From Lama glama (Eukaryota): a DNA stretch of 64,000 nucleotides. Shown here piece after piece: positions 52,301 through 61,300 of this stretch (the first letter of the stretch is position 1; each line of letters starts with the position of its first letter). The DNA lies in NCBI GenBank assembly GCA_028534125.1, contig CM052817.1, forward strand, positions 43,402,001-43,466,000. Direction: 5' to 3'. The position numbers were made by a program, and so were the translations under genes. The notes under the pieces are model-generated. The model searched no databases and was not told the origin of the DNA. It saw nothing but the letters and a program-made list of their open reading frames with translations.

Positions 52301-55300
52301 GTTACAGTACTATAGGTTTTTTTCATACGTTCTGTAATTTTGAATTCTAAATTAATCTTCAGTGGGTTTATCTGTGAGAATCTTGTATGGTCTGGAGTTG
52401 TGGGTAGAAATTCTATAGCAGTTACTACTAGTTTCTGCAAGCAGTATCACTGGTCTGAGGTTAATTTTCATATTGATGCCTCTGCTTTGGGTTGCTCAGA
52501 TAATGCGCGCAGCGTAATTAACCTTGGATCTACAGGAGAAATAGACCCGAAGCTCTGAATTCTCAGCAGACGTTATTACTCTGAGCCCTGGAAACACAGG
52601 TAGGATTCTTTGCCATCTCTCTCTGTGCTGGTGAGTTCTTGTTTTCCATTCTGTCCCTCTAATGGAAGGTTAAGTCTTTTCAGAGTCCTGGTTTCATGCA
52701 GGATCTTAATTCCAACTTTCTGCCTCTGCACAGGCATTAAATCCCAAGCCCCAAGGTTACTGAGATACATACCACCCCTCTCAGGGAAGCTATGCTACCA
52801 GCTCATGCCCAGACTGGCTTTCATTCCTTCTTTGTTTCTGGCACTTGGAGATTTCTCTCTATTCTTGGGAGGTCAGCTATGAATGCCCTAGAATTCTTAA
52901 TCACTTTTATCCATCACTTCTAGGTGATGATGATAGGTTATCATACTCTACTATCTTGCTGGAAGTAGAAGTAACAATGGAGATCTTAAGAAATGTTTTC
53001 ATGTAAAGTTTTAATTTTTAACTTTTAAAATTTTTTAAAAAGGAAAGCCTTATCAAGAAGTCTGGTGATGTTCTGAGAGGGACACAAAGTGGAGTTTGAG
53101 AGCCTGAGCTTTGAAATTAAACTGACATATTATTAGCAAGGTGATTTTTAGCAAGTTACTTGCTCTGTAAAATGAAGTTGTTTTGAAACTTATATTTCAG
53201 GTTTAAATGAATGTACTACATTTACATTACTTAGCATTCTACCTAGTACATAATATGTATATCGTGTGATAGCTATTTTGATTATTTTTCTTTAAAGGGG
53301 ATTTGTGGGGTGTTAGAAAGTCAAGTTCATTGGAAACACAAACTTTGCTGTGTGGCACTGAACAAAAGCATGTCCAAGACTGCTGAAAGCAATGATGAAA
53401 TGGTTAAGAAAAAAGAGTTACCAAATTGGGGGTGGTCCTGTGTAATTCTGTAGATGATTTCTGAGGCACTGGCACCTGGAGCTTCAGCCTGTAAGATTCT
53501 GTTGGTAATCTGCAGCATTCCCCCTTCTGGAACCCACACCATTGAATTAGCCACAAGCCGAAGACCTCCATCATTCTAGAATAAAGCGTACAGAATTACT
53601 CTTATTAGGTCCAAGCAAAATAAGAAAATACCAATCCTTAAAAACATAAGTTATTAGGTCCTATTGCTGCTAAAGATTGTCTAATAAGAGAGATTCATAG
53701 CTTTAGAGTCACCCTATGAATATATGTGTGTATATTATGTGTAGATAAATTCATGTGTCTGTATATATGTACGTATGTATATACCTTGTTTTTTTCCTAA
53801 TTTGTCATGAGCAAATAACTCATATCATTCAGGAAGACTAAGTCTCTCCAATTCTTTCTTTCATTTGTCCATTGACCTGTCCTTCCATCCTCTCCATCCA
53901 CCTACGTTCAAAAACTATTCATTAAGCACCATTATAAACCAGCTTTTTCGCTAGAGGTTTAAGATATAGAAGGTTGGCGGAAATAGGACCTCAGTTTCAG
54001 AAACTACAGTCTAATGAGGAAGAGAGACAGACACATAAATAGTTAGGATGCATCACAAGTGATGCTCTATACGATGTCTGAGCAGGGCGCTGGGGGAGAA
54101 TGAAGGAAAAAGGAGATTTCCTCTTTGGGGAAGGAATGCTCTGGAAGGCTTTCTTATGGACATATCATTTAATTCCTGAATGATTAAAAAACTGGGCTTT
54201 CTAAATGGACAAGTGAAACAGACTTGAGGAAGAGGGCCCAGTCCAAGCAAAGACATGAGACAAGGCATTGTGTGCTTAATAAAATATCCAAGTGTCTGCG
54301 CAAGTACAGCCTGGTGGGCTGGGGAGGCGGGTGAATGAAAAGCAACTCTCTCTTAATGTTGGCTAGGAGAAGGCAGAAGCTGTGCTAAAAGTCTCAATTT
54401 AGCTTGTAGGCACTGCAAGGTCAACACGAATCTTCAGGGGAAGAAACGGGATGGTAAGGTCTGGGTTTTAGAGAGCCACCAGCAGCAAGAGATGGGAGGG
54501 ACTAGAGCTGGGATGAAACTGGAGCTGCAGAAACCACATAACAAGTTCTGGTAATGGCTCAGGTGAGAGAAGATGGTGATTGCAGTGGAATGAGTAATTC
54601 CAGAAACTCTACAGAGGCCAAACTGACGGGCCTTGATGTCTGATTGAAAGGGAAACCCTGAAAAACCACAGTTGGGAATAGCTGACTGGAAGAAATCACC
54701 TGTTTAGCACTCCTGAGAAGGCAACCACTCTAACTGCTAATGTTAATGTCAAAAAGTGCTGCCGTTCCTGATGTGCAAGGTGCATACCTCTTCCAAAGCC
54801 TCTTAACTGACATTTTCCGTGGAATGAGATTAGTGAGGCTCCCCGTGTTCAGTTTTCAGTTTTCACACTTTCAAAATCAGTAAATCTGATATTTCAAAAT
54901 AGGGCATTTCAGAAGGGATGTTTTTCTAAATTACTGCTATTACTTTCAAATACGCCAATAAACAGAACAGAGCAAACAGCCCTCCCAGGAGGGGAATATT
55001 CAGAACAGAAGATGACAAATACTCCTGTGCTGTCACTTGACATGAGAGTGTTTGCGTCTCTCAGGAGGCAGTCCCAGCTCTTCCCACCACAATCACCAAG
55101 AACCCGAGGCAGCGCCTAGGAGAAGAGCAGCAAAGGCACCTTTTATTGTGATTGGTGCTCAGGGACAAAATCCCACAGAATTTTCTCCCTTCATAATTGA
55201 TTACAACATGTTATTTACAAAAACATCAAAGTGTGCCAAGAACTTTGCATGTTACCTACCAGAATTCTGGGGAAAAGGGCCCTAGTAACTCCAGCAGAGT

Positions 55301-58300
55301 TTTTATGTATCATAATAAACTTGCACCCAGGTATCTTAATTGTAAGAAATCTTTCTAATAGCAGCAGCCTCGTAAAGTTCGATTACGTTATGGAGATCAG
55401 TCATACACCAACGACCACATTCTTGGACAAAGGCAATGTGGTTTTTTCATATCCCAAGCAACTGAGCCCCCTGACCTGAATGCATGTCCCCAGATGTCTC
55501 TCCTACTACATTCTTATCTTGTCTTGACTTTATCAATATAATTCTCTGTAATTCCTATGTGAGTGTCAATTTTTAGGAGACAGGACTTCTTGCACGTCAA
55601 CGTTCAGAGACCAGCAAAGCTTATTAGAAGTTCAGACTCCCAGGCCCCAACCCAGTCCTTCTGAATGAGACCCTGCGCATTAGAATCTGCATTTTAATTT
55701 TCTTCACCAGCTTTATTAAAGTATACTTGCCAAATAAAAGTTGTATATATTTAAGGTATATGTGATGCTTTAATATATGCATAAATTGTGAAATGATTAC
55801 CACAATCAAGCTAATTAAGCCTCCACCACCTCACATAGTTTTTGTGTGTGTAGGGAAACCAACTCTGTTAGCAAGTATAAAAGACAGTATTATTAAGTAT
55901 AGTCACCATGCTATACTTTAGATCTTCAGAATTATGCATCTCTTATAACTGAATCTTAGTACCCTTTGACCAACACCTTTCAGTTTCCCCCACACCCCAG
56001 CCTCTAGCAACCATCATTCTACTCTGCCTTTATGAGTTCGACTTCTTCAGATTACAGATATAAGTGAGATCATACAGTATTTTTCCTTCTGTATAGCTTA
56101 TTTTACAGGCTCATCTATGCAGTCATAAATGGCAGGACTTCCTTCTTTTTTAAGGCTGAATAATATTCCATTGTATATACAGCCAAATTTTCTTTTATCC
56201 ATTCATCCATTGATGGACTTGGTTTGTTTTCATAGCTTGGCCATTGTGACAGATGCTGCAATAAACGTGGAAATGCAGATATCTCTTTGAGACATTGATT
56301 TCATTTCCTTTGGATAGATACTCAGAAGTGAGATTGCCGGATCATATGATAGCTCTATTTTTAATTTTTTGAGGAACATCCATAGAGTTTTCCATAGTGG
56401 CTGCACCAATTTGCATTTCCACCAACAGTGTACAAAAGTTTTCTTTTCTCCACACCCTCACCAACACTTGTTATCTTTCGTCTTTTTAAGAACAGCCACT
56501 CTAACAGATGTGAGCTGATATCTCACTGTGGTTTTGACTTGCCTTCCCCAGATTATTAGTGATGTTAAGCACATTTTCATGTACCTGTTGGCCATTTGTA
56601 TGTCTTCTTTTGAGATACGTCTATGCAGGTCCTTAGCTCATTTTTTATTTTTATTTTTTTGCTATTGAATTGAGTTCCTTATGTATTTTAGATATTAAAC
56701 CCTTATCAGATATAGGGTTTCAAATATTTTCTCCCATTCTGTAGGTTGCCTTTTCATTTTGTTTATGGTTTCCTTTGCTGCACAGCAGTTAGTTTGATGC
56801 ATTCCTACTTGTGTTTTAACAAGATCCCTGGGAGATGTGGAGTCACGCTAAGGCGTGAGAAGCATCGCCCAGGACAGAGATAGCAACAGGTCTAGAGTGG
56901 TTCTACCAAACTCCACATACAGGCCTTTTAGAATATTTACATTTATAATATACATACCTCTGTTTCTGAATTATTTGTTTACAGTACTTAAGAAGAAACA
57001 GACAACTGTCCAAGGAAAAGGAGTATAATTCTTCCTGCTCATTATGATGAAGATGGTTTTGTCAGTTGCTTTCTTTTGGGAGATGGCCCAGGGAAGATTT
57101 GAGAAGGGGTAAATAGAAGTCTGTACACCATCATTTCTATAGCTAATGCATCCAAAACAAATTTTAACATAATTTCCCCGGTGGTTCTGACATTTTGCAA
57201 TTTCTTTATCTCCTTATACAAGCACACTTTGGAGATATTTTGGGTTTAGATACAGACCACTGCAATAAAGCAATACTGCAATAAAGCAAGCCACATAAAT
57301 TTCTTTTGGTTTCCCAGTGCATATAAAATTTGTATGTTTACACTATACTGCAGTCTATTAAATGTGTAAGAGCATTATGTCTAAAATATATACATCCCTT
57401 AATCAAAATTTATTGCAAAAACTACTAACCATCATCTGGGCCTTCAGCAAGTTATAATCTTTTTTCAATAGTAACATCAAAACAAAGATCACTGATCACC
57501 ATACCAAATATAATAATAATAATAAATTCTGAAACACTGTGAAAATTACCAAAATGTGACACTGAGACACAAAGTGAGCAAATGCTATTGGAAAAATGGC
57601 ACTGATAGACCTGCTTGATGCAGGGTTACCACAAAACTTCAATGTGTAAAAAACTGAGTATCTGCAAAGCACAATAAAACAAAGTGTGCTTGTAGCTTTT
57701 TTCTGCACAATGGTGCATATATCCCTGTAAGCTCAAGAAATTAGCCATAATTTCAGCTGAAGAATCTTCTGCCTAGTGATGTTTTATATATCCTTCAGGG
57801 TCCACATTAGAAGGCAATGAAATTTCAACAAGGGATTATAGGGACATAATTAAAACAGTGCTTTAAATTAAATAGTTCTTCTAATTAATTTCATAGAACA
57901 ATAGGCATACAGAAATGCTGATAATAAAGTTTAACCATTATACACTGTATTGCAAGTAAAAACATTAATGTTGTAAACCATAAGTAAGAGCCCACGCCTC
58001 TGCCATTTGAAGGAAAAATCCCACAAACAAAATGAAAACTTCTCTGCCTCCCCAGTTAAAGACTGGGACATAAATGTGAGCTCAAACATGATGGGGTCCC
58101 CAAACCCCAAACCAAAATATTCAAGATTAAAAAAAATTAAAATTTATTAAATAGAAAATGACTATAATCGAATATAACGGTAACCCTCATATTTTATTTA
58201 TTCTGAAAAAAATAATTTGCAATGGTTCATTTATACCATAGCTTTTAAAGTTGGATCTGTAGGATATTGTGGATTTTAGGGAAGGATTATGTGCAGTGGC

Positions 58301-61300
58301 ACATATAAGGTGAGACATAGATGCTATTTGCCAAAATGAAGAACAATGGAAAGATAATTGCACTGTTCTTGTGTTTGTCAATGTGTGCATATGCCTCAGA
58401 AACTTTGCAGCTTTGGGTGAAGAATACAGAAACTTCTCTCCATGTAGATTTCAACTGCTTTATAAATGAGCAAACAAATAGTTTGTAACCAATGAACATT
58501 TCTTGAGTCTATACTCTGAGCAATGTACCTTACAAGACACTAAATTGAACAAGCTAAGCAAGTCCAAAAATGGTGAAACCCTGATACGTGGTGAGCATTT
58601 ATTTACGAGATAGGCAGACTCTTCTTCAGAAAAATAAACATTTTTATGCCGTTGATATTTATAACTCTCACAAACATCCTTTTAATCAAACTGTGTCCCT
58701 GTAACACAATCCATGGGAGGACAGGTTTTAAGAAAATTGAGGGAAAGCACAATAGGGCTTTTAGCAGCGCTCAGCCCTTACCAAGGTCAAACAGCCAGAG
58801 ACAACTCTCAGCAATAGAATTTTCCATCCGGTTCCTAGCACGACACTTGGGGGCTTTTAACATCAAAGCATTACCCAGTTGCAGAAAATAACTGCTCAAA
58901 CAACAACAAATGAGGTCAGAAAGATCATCAGATTTATTGCCAAAGTGGAAAAAGAGGCATGGTTTCCAGAGAGGCTTTAATTAATGAAAAAGAAGGTAAT
59001 TCCTTGAAAACCCAGCAGTGGAGAAACCCACAAATAAGCATGGCTTCTCCCTGCCCACATTTTAGCCCTTATTAGACCCTGAATTGCTTTAGAATCATAT
59101 CTCTAGCAGGCTTCGGTTTGGTAATCCACCCAATTAATGACAGCTATTCAGCAGAGCATTCTTTATTACCTTTTAATCTTTTTGAATTCTTTTGCCTCCT
59201 CCCCCCCACAGAACATGTTTCAACATCAGTCCTGGGTCTATTTTCTCCTAGGTGATTCAGTATAAGCCTGGAGGTGGCAGTCAAGTTTACTCACTGCCAA
59301 GGCAAGGATAAAAACATAAATCTGGGAGGAAGTGATGCAGAACTTGATAAATAAGACTGGAACCGACAGCCCCCACCCTCAGTCTCAGAGGGGCCCCCTC
59401 AGTCAGCAGAGGTGCCCTGAAGACTTTTTATCTGATGCAAGAGATCAATTCAAAGACAGGAACTTAGGCACCAGCCTAACTCAAGTTGCTGCATCCCACC
59501 ATCTATCTGTCCTTCCAACAAAAATGTACTCAACTTCTACAATGTGCATGGCTCGAGAGAGTAATACTGAAATAGTTCCTGCCCTCACAAAGCTTCCTTT
59601 TTCTAGCCCTCCCTCCCTTTCCATCAGTCTTACCAGGTTAAGTTTTATGTTGAACTACACTGAGATTAATTTGTACATCCATTTACTAGAAATTAGACCT
59701 AAACCCCTTGGCCATTCCATTTAAGCCACCAAGTAGACATCAGTCGGTAACTGTCCTCTCTCCAAATTTAATACACAGGTAGCCTCAAGGTAAGGACTTG
59801 GATGCCCACCTTCAGAAATGGCTATGGGAACAAAATCAATCATGTCTGACTCTATATCTACTGGAAGCCATTAACAGTTGAGGCAATTTTTTTTCTTGGG
59901 CTCCAGTAGACATTATAAATAGCTTCACCTGTAACAAGATGTGGTGAGTCCATAGGGAAGATCCCAAGAGGCTTGGGGCCCAGGCTGTGTGGATAGGACA
60001 CTGAGAAAATGACTAAATTACTGTCTCCATTCTGTCCATTAGGGGATAAGAATATATATGACCAAAATATTGGGGGGGAAAATGAGCTGGAATGAAAAAA
60101 CTGCATGGCTAAGTGTGAGGGGCCTGAACACACTTGATTTGAAATCACAGCTCCATCACTAAATACCTTTATGAAAAATAAACATTTTAAGCCTCTTTAA
60201 ATGTTTTGAAACCTGCTTTATTTTCGTTTCCTCTTTTGGAAGATTAGAGATAATAATCGCACAAACATCCTAGGATGATCATGAAGATCAAAAGGAATAA
60301 TTCATGTCAAGCATTAGTGCTCAATAAAGGTTACAAACAGAACAAACAAAAACATTTTCCACCAATATATCATAAAATATCCCTTAGAAGCAATAAGGTT
60401 ATATGGCCTCTATTCCAACCTTCTTCACCAAGATATTGTAAAGATGAGTAAATAGATAAATTGAGAAAAGTATTCTGAATTCCTAAGAGAAAATATAGTA
60501 CGTATCTGTAAAGTATTATCAGGATTAGAGTGTGAAGTTTGTAATGAGTACATCCTAATGGCTACTGGGGCTCTGGTAACTGGTTTCATTATTCTGATTC
60601 ATTGGCTTAGAAGCCATTAGTTCACCTGATGAACAGGTAAGCACAGGACTATAGGAGATGGAGGGATGGAAAGAGGAAGGAGAGGGGACAGACAGTGTAA
60701 ATATCAACACGACTCCCCAGTTGAGGGAATTCACTATAAGAATTCACAAGTTCTGTGCTTGTGCCTTATTTGTAAATTAAAAATGGACTTTTCTTTGTTT
60801 TGGTAGCTGAAGCAACTAAAATCCTAGAAATGTCCTTCAACTTTGGCCCACACCACCCAAGCTGGCTGTGCCATACAAGACACTGAGCTTCAAACATGAA
60901 ACCATGATACGAAGGGCGACTGCTAGCACTGCACTGAAATCCTGTAACAATCTTTGGAAAGAAACCAAGAAGGAAGAAAAGAAAACTTTCTGTGTCTGGT
61001 CTAGACTTCATTTCTTCAGAACTAAACCTCATCTCCCAGGGTGATTGTGGCAGGGTGATAATTAGGATCAGCTACAAGGTGGCTCTCTGCCAGCTCCATC
61101 TCATAATCAGCCTTCACTTACTCCCTCCCATCTATCTCAGGCCACCATCACTGTTTTCAGCAGCTGAAAATAATGAGACAAGAGCCTGAGAAACCACCTA
61201 GCAGATCATATTAGATTCAGCTACTGACCTTCGCAAATTTTGAGTAATCTTTGGTGGGAAGGTGACAAGTGATTTCTAAGCTGTCCTCAGCAAATCAATC

